A stretch of DNA of 38,537 nt from Coleofasciculus sp. B1-GNL1-01 (GCA_040220235.1 JAVJTO010000022.1); one strand, 5' to 3'. Positions 1-9,600 are shown, counted from the stretch's first letter. Program-made: numbers and translations. The notes: a model not told the origin generated them from the letters alone.

Positions 1-1
1 G

Positions 2-1222
2 GGTAGAAGTTCGGTCAGCAAATAAGTCTAATTGCTGTTCTTTAATCCGATTTTCCATTTCTCCTCTCGGACAATATTGTTTAGTATAAAGTTGAGAAGG
101 CGTAATTTGAGAAGGAGGTAAAGATGTGACGACATGACGAAGCTCTAACCCTTCACTCCCATAAACCACTTTTGTTACCACTCTTCTTTGACGACTCCAT
201 GACTTTTCAGTTTGATAGTAGATAGAGCGAAACCAAGTTGCGTTGGGAACTAACTTTCTCACCTCTTCTAAGTCTTCATCCTTAGAGAAAAGACTATCCA
301 TCAATTCAGTGACTGGCAATAACTTCTCTTCGTATTCTTTTTTTGCTTTTTCAATAAGATTCGTTGCTTGTAACTTTAATTGGCTATTTGTTGCCATTGC
401 TATCACATAATTTACCCCTTCTTTATCTTCACAAAAATTCATAATTTCTTCACGAGCATAAGCACTATCGCCTCGCACTATTATCTGCGTATTATGCCAT
501 TTCTCTCGAATTAAGCCAATAATTCTCTGCAATTCTTCTAATGCTCCTTCGGCTGGGTCTACATTAGAAGGACGTAATCTTGCCACTAATAAATGATGTC
601 CACAGAAGATATACAAAGGGGCATAGCAGACTCCTTTATAATAAGTATTAAAAAATGCGCCTTCTTGACTCCCATGAACTTGGTCATCGGTGACATCCAT
701 GTCTAAAATGATTTGTTGAGGAGGGGTTTGATAAGACTCCAAAAAGATGTCTACGAAGGCTTTCTTAATCTCTTCCGGGTTAGCTTCAATACGATGATAG
801 CGAGACTCTTGTTGTTGAAGGATTGTATCGGGGCAATATTCCAGCCGATTCAAGGTACTTTTTCCGGCTAAAATTGCTGATGATGAGTCATCAAAATTGA
901 GCTTTTCTAAGGCAATTGCTAAAGCAGGATCATAGCGTAGTTGGTCATGGTCATTGACATCTTCGTAGCCTAAAGCAATACCATAAACTCTTTGAGCGAG
1001 TAATTGATGAACTGTATAATCTATATAGGCTAAATTTCGATGGTCTTGAAAGCATTCAGCAAATCTGGCTGTGATTCTTAGTTTTTTATCTAATTCTGCT
1101 AACCAGACAATTCCCGCATCTGACGTGATTCGACCACCGTTAAAGTTAGCAAGAATTTCTTTCCCTTTCTTTTTTCCAAAGTTGAGTGAATGGTCATTCC
1201 TTTGAGATAATTTAGCAATCAT
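2..1222 (-). CDS. IS1380-family DDE transposase (partial, 3' end outside the window)
   Basis: My translation from ATG at 1222 reads MIAKLSQRNDHSLNFGKKKGKEILANFNGGRITSDAGIVWLAELDKKL...QRVYGIALGYEDVNDHDQLRYDPAL...LAGKSTLNRLE...LDMDVTDDQVHGSQEGAFFNTYYKGVCYAPLYIFCG...VRGDSAYAREEIM, typical of DDE_Tnp_1_4. It is absent from the ORF track, consistent with having no stop in the window. Confidence 0.92.
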   Translation of the reverse strand, partial: MIAKLSQRNDHSLNFGKKKGKEILANFNGGRITSDAGIVWLAELDKKLRITARFAECFQDHRNLAYIDYTVHQLLAQRVYGIALGYEDVNDHDQLRYDPALAIALEKLNFDDSSSAILAGKSTLNRLEYCPDTILQQQESRYHRIEANPEEIKKAFVDIFLESYQTPPQQIILDMDVTDDQVHGSQEGAFFNTYYKGVCYAPLYIFCGHHLLVARLRPSNVDPAEGALEELQRIIGLIREKWHNTQIIVRGDSAYAREEIMNFCEDKEGVNYVIAMATNSQLKLQATNLIEKAKKEYEEKLLPVTELMDSLFSKDEDLEEVRKLVPNATWFRSIYYQTEKSWSRQRRVVTKVVYGSEGLELRHVVTSLPPSQITPSQLYTKQYCPRGEMENRIKEQQLDLFADRTST

Positions 1223-1351
1223 AAAGTAAAATATTTGACTTTCTCTATAACTAAATTATATCAGGTTTTATGAATTTTATTCTCAATTTAATTGTTAAAA
1301 TCCTAGTTGAGTTCATCAAGAAAAGTTAATTAGCGTAAACTTTACACTACT

Positions 1352-1433
1352 TAAACTAAAACGCATTTAAATTGTGTATTCCCTGTTGCCTTTCAAGGTT
1401 TTAGGTACCCCAATTTAAATACCGAACAGCTTA
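1352..1433. repeat. Short degenerate MITE-like element (TAAGCTGTTCGG-type ends) inside the IS leader
   Basis: The right end CAATTTAAATACCGAACAGCTTA resembles the ends at 1679-1701 and 9729-9751. The left end TAAACTAAAACGCATTTAAATTG is a degenerate inverted copy. Confidence 0.55.
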
Positions 1434-1628
1434 ATTCTTTTTACTAAAGCTATATGCCAAAAATATGAGCATCAATTTGCTTTTTTTATTAGGTTGAGGA
1501 GCATGATTATTCAGAGGCTTGAAGGTGCAACACACTGTTGTGTGCGGCTGGGGGGAATAAATGGGATTAAATCCTTGTCTGGCAAGGTTTTTGTGATTTG
1601 CGATCGCGCTTCTTGTGAGAAATGCGGG

Positions 1629-1701
1629 GTTTAGCGAAGCCATGCCGCAGGCTTTGCATCTTGCTCGCTACTAATGCCCAATTTAAATGCATGACAGCTT
1701 A
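1629..1701. repeat. Right half of MITE interrupted by the IS1380 element
   Basis: GTTTAGCGAAGCCATGCCGCAGGCTTTGCATCTTGCTCGCTACTAATGCCCAATTTAAATGCATGACAGCTTA is nearly identical to 9680-9751. Confidence 0.8.
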
Positions 1702-1735
1702 GAGCTGATCAGAGTTCGATGGCAGCCACCCCTAC

Positions 1736-2785
1736 CTAATTGTTTCTCCAGATTTCCGTATTGGGGTGAAATTCCTTCCATCCCAACCACCAGTGTTTTT
1801 CGACAATTAAAGTTTGATTGTTTTCTTTTTCCTTTGCCGCCAAGCAGTTTTCTTTTTGATCGTAAACTAACTCCACATTTTTCCCGTTAAAGTTATCTGT
1901 GAACTGGGAAATCGTATTTAATTCGGATAGGGGATAAGCCTTAGAAACACCATTGAAGCTTATGCCAAAAACCGTTTCGCGTTGCGGTAATCCTGACAAA
2001 TCAGCAAATCCGGGCATTGTTACCTTGGGGGTTACGAAATTAAGGGCTTTTAGCATGAGTTCCCTAGAGAGAATCCCGTGTCTGGATTCAAAGCATTTTT
2101 CGGCAAACAGCGAATCCGGGTGTTTTCCTCGCCAAACTCCCCACGTTGTATTTTCGCCCGATAACAATTCTAGTTGAGTCCCTTTATAGGTTCCATAAAT
2201 GCATTCCCCCGTTGCTTGTTGCCATAGACTTTGGGTGTGTTTGTCAATCATGATCATATTCCTTCTCCAGACACCTGCTACTTTAAAATACAAGTGTTGT
2301 TTGCCAACCTCGGCTTTAAACGCCAAAGCACTTTGGCAAAGCGCACAATAAGAAATTAGAATAGCTGTGTGTTCGATTTCGTCGTTGATAATATGCCTGG
2401 GGATAACCACTTCATCAAGAGGGTAAGCGATTGCTGTTTGTCCTATCGTTAATCCAATTATTCTGGTAGTTTCGTTTATCGTGGTGCATCTTGCCAAAGT
2501 TTTATCAACTCGATCAATCTCTGGAAAAAGATAGGTCATGTCGAATAAAAAGGCAAAACCTAGCAAGACAAATGTCATCACGGATAATCCGAAAACCAAC
2601 CTATTATCTGTATCTTGATAAATGGCAATGGCGGCAAATATCAATGAAAAGCTAGTAAATATTATCCGTTTAACTTCGTAGTTTTGGAAAAACCAAAGCC
2701 CTTTGTCGAGTTTGGCAAAAACCGAAATTTGTCTGCCGAATGAGATGGTAAAACCTAGGATAAAAGATACGATTGAATAAATCAT
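1736..2785 (-). CDS. DUF3179-domain membrane-anchored protein
   Basis: Three N-terminal hydrophobic segments, then AIAYPL...HIINDEI...ISYCALCQSA...NMIMIDKHTQSLWQQATGECIYG...TTWGVWRGKHPDS and a C-terminal WWLGWKEFHPNT. I prefer ATG 2785 because the track's TTG at 2800 lies inside a repeat remnant. Confidence 0.8.
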   Translation of the reverse strand: MIYSIVSFILGFTISFGRQISVFAKLDKGLWFFQNYEVKRIIFTSFSLIFAAIAIYQDTDNRLVFGLSVMTFVLLGFAFLFDMTYLFPEIDRVDKTLARCTTINETTRIIGLTIGQTAIAYPLDEVVIPRHIINDEIEHTAILISYCALCQSALAFKAEVGKQHLYFKVAGVWRRNMIMIDKHTQSLWQQATGECIYGTYKGTQLELLSGENTTWGVWRGKHPDSLFAEKCFESRHGILSRELMLKALNFVTPKVTMPGFADLSGLPQRETVFGISFNGVSKAYPLSELNTISQFTDNFNGKNVELVYDQKENCLAAKEKENNQTLIVEKHWWLGWKEFHPNTEIWRNN

Positions 2786-2891
2786 AATTTTTGTAAACAA
2801 GCCTCAAACCCTTACATAAACGAATGACGTAGCTTGCTTCTCGCTTGCGCGAGTTCTTCACCGTTCACGTTAATTATTGTCCACCTACTTA
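2786..2891. repeat. 5'-truncated copy of the TAAGTAG-ended MITE family
   Basis: TTTTGTAAACAAGCCTCAAACCCTTAC...CACCGTTCACGTTAATTATTGTCCACCTACTTA matches the inner and right parts of the copies at 3613-3783 and 12676-12861. Confidence 0.7.
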
Positions 2892-2998
2892 GAGGAAAAG
2901 GGGTAGAAGGGTAAAAGAGGAAAGGCTGAAGGGGTGACAAGCTCTTCGGAAAGGTAGTTAGGATGTCAGGGGTGGGGGTGTCGGGTGTGGGGAAAATC

Positions 2999-3220
2999 TT
3001 CCAAGTGGATTCCTGCACCAGCCGCAAATATGGCGAAACCGGGCTGGGATTAGCTATCTGCAAACAATTGAGTCAAATCATGGGCGGTACGATGTGGGTA
3101 GACAGTGAGGCGGGTGTGGGTTATGATATCCTGAATCAGGTTTTGGTGGGCAAGCCGATTCCTGTGAAACCCGCGTCCCTTTCCTCCCAGATTGATCCGC
3201 AAATGGCACAGCGTCTACCT
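2999..3220 (+). pseudogene. Internally deleted hybrid histidine kinase remnant
   Basis: [39 protein letters not shown] (HATPase G2 end) is joined directly to [16 protein letters not shown]...[10 protein letters not shown] (inter-receiver linker). Both segments parallel the intact kinase at 3820-7905. Confidence 0.8.
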
Positions 3221-3240
3221 GGCGAATTAACGGCTCTTAT

Positions 3241-3329
3241 CGTCATTGTCATTCGTCATACTCCCTTCCTTTGAGCAGCAAGCTACGTCATACTCGCTCC
3301 CGAAAATAAGCAAGCCATGTCATTCGTCC
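3241..3329 (-). repeat. Heptamer (CGAATGA) tract carrying two 27-bp inserts, each bounded by ATGAC
   Basis: GTCAT recurs at 3255, 3287 and 3319 (32-bp period). The inserts share GCTTGCT...GAGT with a third copy at 2829-2854. Confidence 0.6.
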
Positions 3330-3538
3330 AGCCAAAATGTTTATTATAGATAAAGTATTCCATGTTAGAGGATAAAGAGTTCTGACAAGTTGTGCTACTA
3401 AATAGACAGAAACGGGTGATTTACCATTAGCTTTTAATCTTTCGCCATTTCCTACAAGAAACGGAATTCAATTAAACTATCCCTGATTTCTTTTGTTTCG
3501 ACAGCAGCTTTGACGTGATGTCCTCCAATCAAGGGCGC

Positions 3539-3564
3539 TAGGGCGCATTGCTATGCGCCCCTAC
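3539..3564. repeat. Short GTAG-type REP hairpin
   Basis: TAGGGCGCATTGCTATGCGCCCCTAC, stem GGGCGCAT/ATGCGCCC. Confidence 0.65.
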
Positions 3565-3612
3565 CCTCAATCGGCTCACAGCAAAATAACATGGAGCATT
3601 CACTCTTTTGGA

Positions 3613-3783
3613 TAAGTAGTCGGACAAAAGAAAACGGTACTGTGTTAAGTTTTGGAAATTGCCCTCAAACCCTTACTGTTCCCTGTGACACACCGAGCGT
3701 GTTACCGAGCGGAGTCGAGGTAAGTCGAGGTGTTCCCTGTTCCCTAATCTCAACCGTTAACTTTAATTGTGTCCACCCACTTA
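3613..3783. mobile_element. MITE (TAAGTAGTCGGACA...TGTCCACCCACTTA)
   Basis: Imperfect terminal inverted repeats bounded by TA. The first ~63 bp closely match 12676-12739. The interior has TGTTCCC heptamers plus a nested ACCGAGCGGAGTCGAGGT unit. Confidence 0.75.
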
Positions 3784-3819
3784 CGGGAATCAATCGGCTG
3801 GATTACTGAAGGACTAATA

Positions 3820-6800
3820 ATGCCAGATTTATTAACAACACTGTTGTATATTCCTCACGGTCATTGCTACTTGTGGCAAACGAATTTAGTTTCCCTACAT
3901 GTTATTTCGGACGCCTTAATCGCGCTGGCTTATTTTTCAATTCCTGTTACTCTGCTTTACTTTGTTGACCAGCGACAGGATATCCCATTTCCCAGAGTAT
4001 TTTTCTTATTTGGTGCTTTTATTATTGCCTGTGGGATGACTCACGCTATGGGAGTCTGGACACTTTGGTTTCCAGATTATTGGCTCTCTGGCTTGATTAA
4101 AGCGGTTACGGCTTTGGTTTCCTGTTACACGGCGTTAGTCCTGATTCCGCTGATTCCCCAAGCTTTAGCCCTACCCAGCCCCGCTCAACTGCAAGCGGCT
4201 AATCAAGCGTTGGAAATGGAAATCCGCGATCGCAAGCAAGCCGAAGCTGAGGTGCGTAGTCTGAATGCTCAACTTGAGGAGCGTGTGAATGAGCGCACCC
4301 AGGAATTAACCCAGGTAAATCAGAAGTTAGAACGAGAAATTAAAGAACGTATCCAAGTCGCCGAAGCTCTAGCTGAAGCCGAAGAAAACTATCGCAGTAT
4401 CTTTGAAAAGGCGGGTTGGGGTATCTTCCAAACCACCCCCGATGGACGGTATCTTAGCGCTAACCCGGCTCTGGCTAAGATTTATGGCTATCCCTCCCCC
4501 GAAACCCTAATCAGTCGCCTCACCGATTGTGAACATCAACTCTACGTCGATCAAACCCAACGGGCTGAATTTAAACGCCTGATTCATCAACAGGGTGCTG
4601 TCTCTAGTTTCGAGTCCCAAGTATATCGCCAAGACGGGAGGATTATCTGGATTAGTGAGAATACTCGTGCGGTGCGGGATGGGAATGGTGTGCTGCTGTA
4701 CTATGAAGGATCAGTAGAGGATATTAGCGATCGCAAGCAAGCCGCCGAACAGTTACAAGCCAGTGAGCAAAAGCTACGTCAAATCATTGATCTAGTGCCT
4801 CACTTTATTTTCGCCAAAAATTTAGATGGACAGTTTATCCTAGTCAATCAAGCGATCGCGGATGCTTATGGGACGACGGTAGAACACCTGCTCAACCACA
4901 AAGACGAAGACTTTATTAAATCTCCCGAACAACTGCGCCGCATTCGCGAAGAAGAACGACAAATTATTCAACAGGGACAACCCAAACACATCCCAGAGGA
5001 ACGAGTTCCCGATGCTCAGGGTAACATTCGTATCGTGCAAACCACCCGCATTCCTTTCTATGTCACCGGTTCAGCAACCCCAGCAATTTTAGGTATTGCT
5101 ATTGATATTACTCAACGCAAACACATTGAACAAGAACTGCGAGAAAATGCTGCCATAATTCGCGCTTTATACGAAGTTACAACCGGACAAAATTCTGACT
5201 TTGAGCAAAAGCTACAAAACTTACTAGCAATGGGACGCCGCCAGTTTAATCTGGATGTCGGTATTCTCTCTCATATCGAAAACATTGACACCGAGAACGG
5301 GCGTTATGAAATCATCGCCGCCCAAATGCCCAATAATTTGAACTTCCAAGGGGTGACTCTTGACCTGAAACAAACCTACTGCGCCGAAATCGTACACGCC
5401 AAAAAGCCCCTTTGTATCTTATCCGCTAGCACCAGCCAATGGCACAATCACCCCGGCTTCAAGGTTTTCCAAGTCGAAACCTATATTGGTGTTCCTGTCA
5501 TAGTTAGCGGACAACTATATGGTACGCTCTGTTTCGTCAGTCTCACCCCCCGACAAACGCCATTCAAAGATATAGAAATTGAACTGTTAAGACTGATGGC
5601 GCAGTGGATTGGCGGAGAAATTGAGCGTCACCAGGCGGCACAAGAATTGGCACAAGCGCGTGATGTGGCTTTGGCAGCGACTCGTGCCAAAAGTGAGTTT
5701 CTCGCTACGATGAGTCATGAAATTCGCACGCCGATGAATGGGGTGATTGGTATGACTGGACTGCTGTTGGATACGCAGTTAACCCCTCAACAACAGGAAT
5801 TTGTCACTACGATTCGTCATAGTGGCGATACCTTACTCACCATTATTAATGATATTCTCGACTTCTCCAAGATTGAATCCGGCAAACTGGAGTTAGAAGA
5901 AGCCTCCTTTGATCTACAAGTTTGTATTGAAAATTGTCTGGATCTGTTAGCCGCCAAAGCCAGTGATAAAAACTTAGAACTAGCCTATCAAATCACCCCC
6001 CAAACTCCCCGGATGATTGTCGGCGATGCGACTCGCTTACGGCAAATTCTGGTCAATCTGTTGAGTAATGCGATTAAATTTACCCAATCAGGGGAAGTGA
6101 TTGTTTCGGTCAACGCCGAGAAACTCGACTATGAACAATGGGAGCGTCCAAAAACCAAGGCTAGTGATGATTCTCCATCTCCAACCCTATCCATTACTCC
6201 CTCGGCGGCTACCCCCCATTACCAGATTCAATTTGCGGTTAAGGATACTGGAATTGGTATTCCCCCAGAACGATTAAACCGTTTATTTCAACCCTTCAGT
6301 CAAGTCGATTCCTCAACCACCCGCAAATATGGTGGCACAGGATTGGGACTTGCTATCTGTAAGCAATTGTGCGAAATGATGGGTGGGACAATGTGGATAG
6401 AAAGTCAAGAGGATATTGGCTCAACCTTTTACTTCACCCTCGTGGTTCCGGCTGAACCGAGTACCCAACTCAATAGTAATCAGGTTTGTCGCTTAGAACT
6501 TGATGGTCAACGCCTGCTGATTGTCGATGATAATGATACCAATCGCAAGATTTTGATGCGCCAAGCTCAAGTCTGGGGGATGGAATGCTATGCGGCGCAA
6601 TCAGGGGTTCAAGCCTTAGACTGGCTGCATCAGGGAGAACGGTTTGATCTGGCGATTCTCGATATGCAGATGCCAGAGATGGATGGGGTAACATTGGCAC
6701 AAAAAATTCGTAAGGTTCCCGGTTGTCAAACTCTGCCTCTGGTGATGCTGTCATCTCTGGGTGAGTTGCAAGTCGATACACCTGATGTGAAGCAGACGTT

Positions 6801-7905
6801 TGCGGGGTTTCTGACTAAACCGATTAAACAGTCTCAACTGTGTGATGTGCTGATGCAAGCGATGGCGGGGATACCGATTAAGGTAAAAGTCCACAGCGCT
6901 AAGAAACCAGACATTGACGCCAGGATGGGTGAACGGTTACCCCTACGGATTTTACTGGCGGAAGATAATCCGGTGAATCAGCAGGTAGCGTTGCATCTGC
7001 TGCAACGGATGGGGTATCGAGCGGATGTAGCCGGGAATGGGTTAGAAGTCTTAGAAGCGCTACAGCGTCAGCCTTATGATGTGGTGTTTATGGACGTGCA
7101 GATGCCAGAAATGGATGGGTTAGAGGCATCCCGGCGCATTTGTCAAGCGTGGTCTGATTTAGATGGGGAGACTCAATCGCAACGTCCGCGAATAATAGCT
7201 ATGACCGCTAATGCCATGGTCGGCGATCGCGAAATGTGCATCGAGGCAGGTATGGATGATTATATCAGCAAACCTATCCGTATTGAGGAATTGGTTGAGG
7301 CGTTAAAGAAAGCAGGGGGTGTAGGGGCGGGTTTTACCAATACCCTTGCGGAGAAAACCTCTAACTTAACTAAACCCGCCCTAGCTGGGGAAGCTGGGGA
7401 AGCAGAGGAAGCAGAGGAAGCTGGGGAAGCTGGGGAAGCTGGGGAAGCAGAGGAAGCTGGGGAAGCAGAGGAAGCAGAGGAAGCAGAGGAAGTTAGGCGT
7501 TCTATTGATACAACTCCATCGGATAATACCCAGGCGGCGGGATTAGATGTATCCAATAAACCCGTGTTTGATCCCGTCATTTTTCAACAATTACGGGAGA
7601 TGCTCAACCAAGAGGAGATATTAGCCGAAGTGATTCAGCACTATCTAGAGGATACTCCTAAACTCTTACAAGACTTGTCCGATGGGATCACCCAGGGAGA
7701 AACTGAACTGGTGACGCGAACTGCTCATACGTTGAAATCCAGCAGTGCGATGGTAGGAGCCACACGTCTGGCTCATTTATGTCAGGAGTTAGAAGCCAAG
7801 GCGAAGCGTGAGAATCGTGAAGCGACAGCCGTGTTATTCTCCCAGATTAAGGTTGAATATGAACCCGTGAAAACAGTTTTATTAGAACACAAACCCGAAC
7901 TTTAG
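3820..7905 (+). CDS. Hybrid sensor histidine kinase: ETR1-like ethylene-binding domain - PAS - PAS - GAF - HisKA - HATPase - REC - REC - HPt
   Basis: N-terminal PHGHCYLW...[13 protein letters not shown]...[13 protein letters not shown]-box [17 protein letters not shown] box [16 protein letters not shown]2 GGTGLGL; two receivers (LDMQMP, MDVQMP); HPt [11 protein letters not shown] 3820 follows GAAGGA, whereas the track start at 3769 is inside the MITE. Confidence 0.93.
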   Translation: MPDLLTTLLYIPHGHCYLWQTNLVSLHVISDALIALAYFSIPVTLLYFVDQRQDIPFPRVFFLFGAFIIACGMTHAMGVWTLWFPDYWLSGLIKAVTALVSCYTALVLIPLIPQALALPSPAQLQAANQALEMEIRDRKQAEAEVRSLNAQLEERVNERTQELTQVNQKLEREIKERIQVAEALAEAEENYRSIFEKAGWGIFQTTPDGRYLSANPALAKIYGYPSPETLISRLTDCEHQLYVDQTQRAEFKRLIHQQGAVSSFESQVYRQDGRIIWISENTRAVRDGNGVLLYYEGSVEDISDRKQAAEQLQASEQKLRQIIDLVPHFIFAKNLDGQFILVNQAIADAYGTTVEHLLNHKDEDFIKSPEQLRRIREEERQIIQQGQPKHIPEERVPDAQGNIRIVQTTRIPFYVTGSATPAILGIAIDITQRKHIEQELRENAAIIRALYEVTTGQNSDFEQKLQNLLAMGRRQFNLDVGILSHIENIDTENGRYEIIAAQMPNNLNFQGVTLDLKQTYCAEIVHAKKPLCILSASTSQWHNHPGFKVFQVETYIGVPVIVSGQLYGTLCFVSLTPRQTPFKDIEIELLRLMAQWIGGEIERHQAAQELAQARDVALAATRAKSEFLATMSHEIRTPMNGVIGMTGLLLDTQLTPQQQEFVTTIRHSGDTLLTIINDILDFSKIESGKLELEEASFDLQVCIENCLDLLAAKASDKNLELAYQITPQTPRMIVGDATRLRQILVNLLSNAIKFTQSGEVIVSVNAEKLDYEQWERPKTKASDDSPSPTLSITPSAATPHYQIQFAVKDTGIGIPPERLNRLFQPFSQVDSSTTRKYGGTGLGLAICKQLCEMMGGTMWIESQEDIGSTFYFTLVVPAEPSTQLNSNQVCRLELDGQRLLIVDDNDTNRKILMRQAQVWGMECYAAQSGVQALDWLHQGERFDLAILDMQMPEMDGVTLAQKIRKVPGCQTLPLVMLSSLGELQVDTPDVKQTFAGFLTKPIKQSQLCDVLMQAMAGIPIKVKVHSAKKPDIDARMGERLPLRILLAEDNPVNQQVALHLLQRMGYRADVAGNGLEVLEALQRQPYDVVFMDVQMPEMDGLEASRRICQAWSDLDGETQSQRPRIIAMTANAMVGDREMCIEAGMDDYISKPIRIEELVEALKKAGGVGAGFTNTLAEKTSNLTKPALAGEAGEAEEAEEAGEAGEAGEAEEAGEAEEAEEAEEVRRSIDTTPSDNTQAAGLDVSNKPVFDPVIFQQLREMLNQEEILAEVIQHYLEDTPKLLQDLSDGITQGETELVTRTAHTLKSSSAMVGATRLAHLCQELEAKAKRENREATAVLFSQIKVEYEPVKTVLLEHKPEL
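7321..7491 (+). repeat. In-frame REP hairpin plus 12 x 9-bp tandem repeat inside the kinase CDS
   Basis: GTAGGGGCGGGTTT...TAAACCCGCCCTA (7321-7383), then GCTGGGGAA/GCAGAGGAA x12 (7384-7491) encoding (AGE/AEE)12. Confidence 0.9.
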
Positions 7906-7908
7906 TTG

Positions 7909-7968
7909 GTAGTAGGGAACCTTAGCCCTAGATTCTGTTGGGTTGAGCGAAGTCGAAACCCAACCTAC
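7909..7968. repeat. Two short REP-like hairpins
   Basis: GTAGTAGGGAACCTTAGCCCTA (compare 29211-29230) and GTTGGGTTGAGCGAAGTCGAAACCCAACCTAC. Confidence 0.5.
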
Positions 7969-8000
7969 AACTATTCCACTCTTTTGGTATAGTAATCGTT

Positions 8001-8594
8001 ATGACCACAGACTTAACTGATCCAACACTTGATCAAGCGATCGCGTATTTAACCACACCTTCTGCCCAACCCCCTACACCGGAGGCTGTGGTTAAGGCGC
8101 TGTTAACCGCCGAGAAGACAGCCAAACAGACGAAAGTACGCCATAGCTATTCCCAATTGCTGGGAACATGGCGATTAGGGTTTATCACCGGAACCAAACG
8201 CTCTCGTCAACGTGCTGGCGTGGTTTTGGGTGCGGGACGGTTTTTGCCGAAATGGGTAAAAATTCAGTTATCCTACTCCCCCTCAGAAGCCAGTCAAGAG
8301 CAAGGAACAGTCGTCAATTCAGTACAACTGGGATCTCTGCACCTGGTTGTCACAGGACCCACTCAGTTTTTTGCCAAGACAAATATTCTCGCCTTTGATT
8401 TCACCCGCATGAACGTGTCATTATTTGGCTTAAAATTGTATAACGGATATATTCGCGGCGGTCAAGAGCGAGAGGCTTCTTTTTATGATAAACCGTTAAA
8501 AGATAAGGCATTTTTCACCTATTTCCTCGTTGAGAATCGGGCAATTGCAGCAAGAGGACGCGGTGGCGGGTTAGCATTGTGGACAGCATCGTAG
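8001..8594 (+). CDS. Hypothetical protein, possibly PAP/fibrillin (lipocalin-like) fold
   Basis: Clean 197-aa ORF. LLGTWRLGFITG near the N-terminus and ARGRGGGLALW at the end loosely resemble fibrillin-type motifs; the fold call is weak. Confidence 0.6.
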   Translation: MTTDLTDPTLDQAIAYLTTPSAQPPTPEAVVKALLTAEKTAKQTKVRHSYSQLLGTWRLGFITGTKRSRQRAGVVLGAGRFLPKWVKIQLSYSPSEASQEQGTVVNSVQLGSLHLVVTGPTQFFAKTNILAFDFTRMNVSLFGLKLYNGYIRGGQEREASFYDKPLKDKAFFTYFLVENRAIAARGRGGGLALWTAS

Positions 8595-8679
8595 GGACGG
8601 GTTTAGGAACAATTGTAGGGGTGGGTTTAGGAACTCGATTAACTTGTTACCCATAACGTATCAACAAAACCCGCCCTAC
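8591..8679. repeat. GTAG-type REP with duplicated left arm, between convergent genes
   Basis: GTAGGGACGGGTTTAGGAAC (8591) and GTAGGGGTGGGTTTAGGAAC (8615) with right arm AAACCCGCCCTAC (8667-8679). It may also act as a bidirectional terminator. Confidence 0.75.
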
Positions 8680-8690
8680 CTCACCCCTAA

Positions 8691-9530
8691 CTATTCCAAA
8701 CCAGAAAATAATGCTGTCCAATCAATTTTAGTCGGTCTTGTGCCTTTATTCACTAACTCAAAAACCTTCCCCTCTGTCACCGGGTTATCGATACATTCCA
8801 CACAAGCGGCGGCTACATCAATTCGACTGGTTTCACCGTTTAGGGTATCACCTGTCCCCACAACCACACCTAATTTGCCGTTAGTTTTTGCCTTCAATAG
8901 CGTGTTTAAATCATAGGAAGTGTAGGGTCCATCAATGAGCCGTGCGGGGCGAATAATTGTGTAGGGTAACCCCGAATTAATAATAGCTGATTCCCCCTTT
9001 TCTTTGGCATCCAGTACACCAAAAGCATTCAAAAGATTGAAGGGGGGTTTATCTTTCCGCAAAACACCACAGGAGGAGATAAACACAAATCGGTTTAAAT
9101 CCTTGGGCGCTGCATTGACTAAATTACTAACTCCTTGAGCATCCACTTGTTCAGGACTATTGCGAGCATGAGTCTGGCGATAGTCGGCATCCAGATAAAT
9201 CTTACCCCATTCAACTAAATTTCCTAACCCCTCCCCTTGATCCATGGTGTCGAAATCCCACTTATTAGAGGGTAAGGCGGTGGTTCCAGTACAACAGATA
9301 ATGTGAGTAATAGTCTGTGTGGCGGGAGGGAGAGTAGTTGGCTGACGGATATCGCCAATGGCAATTTCTACCTGGTTATCAAACATCGTCCGGGCTTTTT
9401 CGGCGCTGCGAGTGAGTACGCGCACGGTAAAGCCTTTCTCTAGGAGTTTGGCAACAGTTAATTGTCCCACTCCGCCTGTGGCTCCGGCGACGAGTACCCG
9501 TTCTTGAGTTCTGGCTGCTGGTGAAGTCAT
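8691..9530 (-). CDS. Atypical SDR / NAD(P)H-binding protein (Tic62/NmrA-like)
   Basis: VLVAGATGGVG Rossmann motif; SPEQVDAQGVSNLV; SGLPYTIIRPARLIDGPYTSYDLNTLL; TSRIDVA; AGGAGG RBS upstream on the minus strand. Confidence 0.88.
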   Translation of the reverse strand: MTSPAARTQERVLVAGATGGVGQLTVAKLLEKGFTVRVLTRSAEKARTMFDNQVEIAIGDIRQPTTLPPATQTITHIICCTGTTALPSNKWDFDTMDQGEGLGNLVEWGKIYLDADYRQTHARNSPEQVDAQGVSNLVNAAPKDLNRFVFISSCGVLRKDKPPFNLLNAFGVLDAKEKGESAIINSGLPYTIIRPARLIDGPYTSYDLNTLLKAKTNGKLGVVVGTGDTLNGETSRIDVAAACVECIDNPVTEGKVFELVNKGTRPTKIDWTALFSGLE

Positions 9531-9600
9531 GATGGGCTATCCTCCTTGGATACTGTACCTTAGAACCGGGAATAGAGCAATGCGATCGCGGTTAATTAGC

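Larger units (their letters stand above)
1..1628 (-). mobile_element. IS1380-family insertion sequence (left-truncated by window edge)
   Basis: Contains the IS1380-type transposase ORF. On the minus strand it begins CCCGCATTTCTCAC (1628..1615), which resembles IS1380-family ends. It abuts the right half of a MITE (1629-1701) whose complete copy is at 9601-9751. Confidence 0.75.

Noticed and set aside
1431..1890. Short ORFs 1431-1643 and 1687-1890, and other short antisense ORFs across the window
   Set aside because: They span IS ends or repeats, or shadow well-supported genes, and show no recognisable motifs.
3255..3323. Mini CRISPR-like 32-bp periodicity
   Set aside because: Only two units with a 5-bp shared boundary; better explained as micro-element insertions.
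3769..3819. Track start of the 1378-aa kinase
   Set aside because: The GTG lies in the MITE end; ATG 3820 has an RBS and fits the domain start.
5160..5630. GAF of the ethylene-receptor-like kinase as a cyanobacteriochrome
   Set aside because: No DxCF/DIP or CH bilin-attachment motif is visible.
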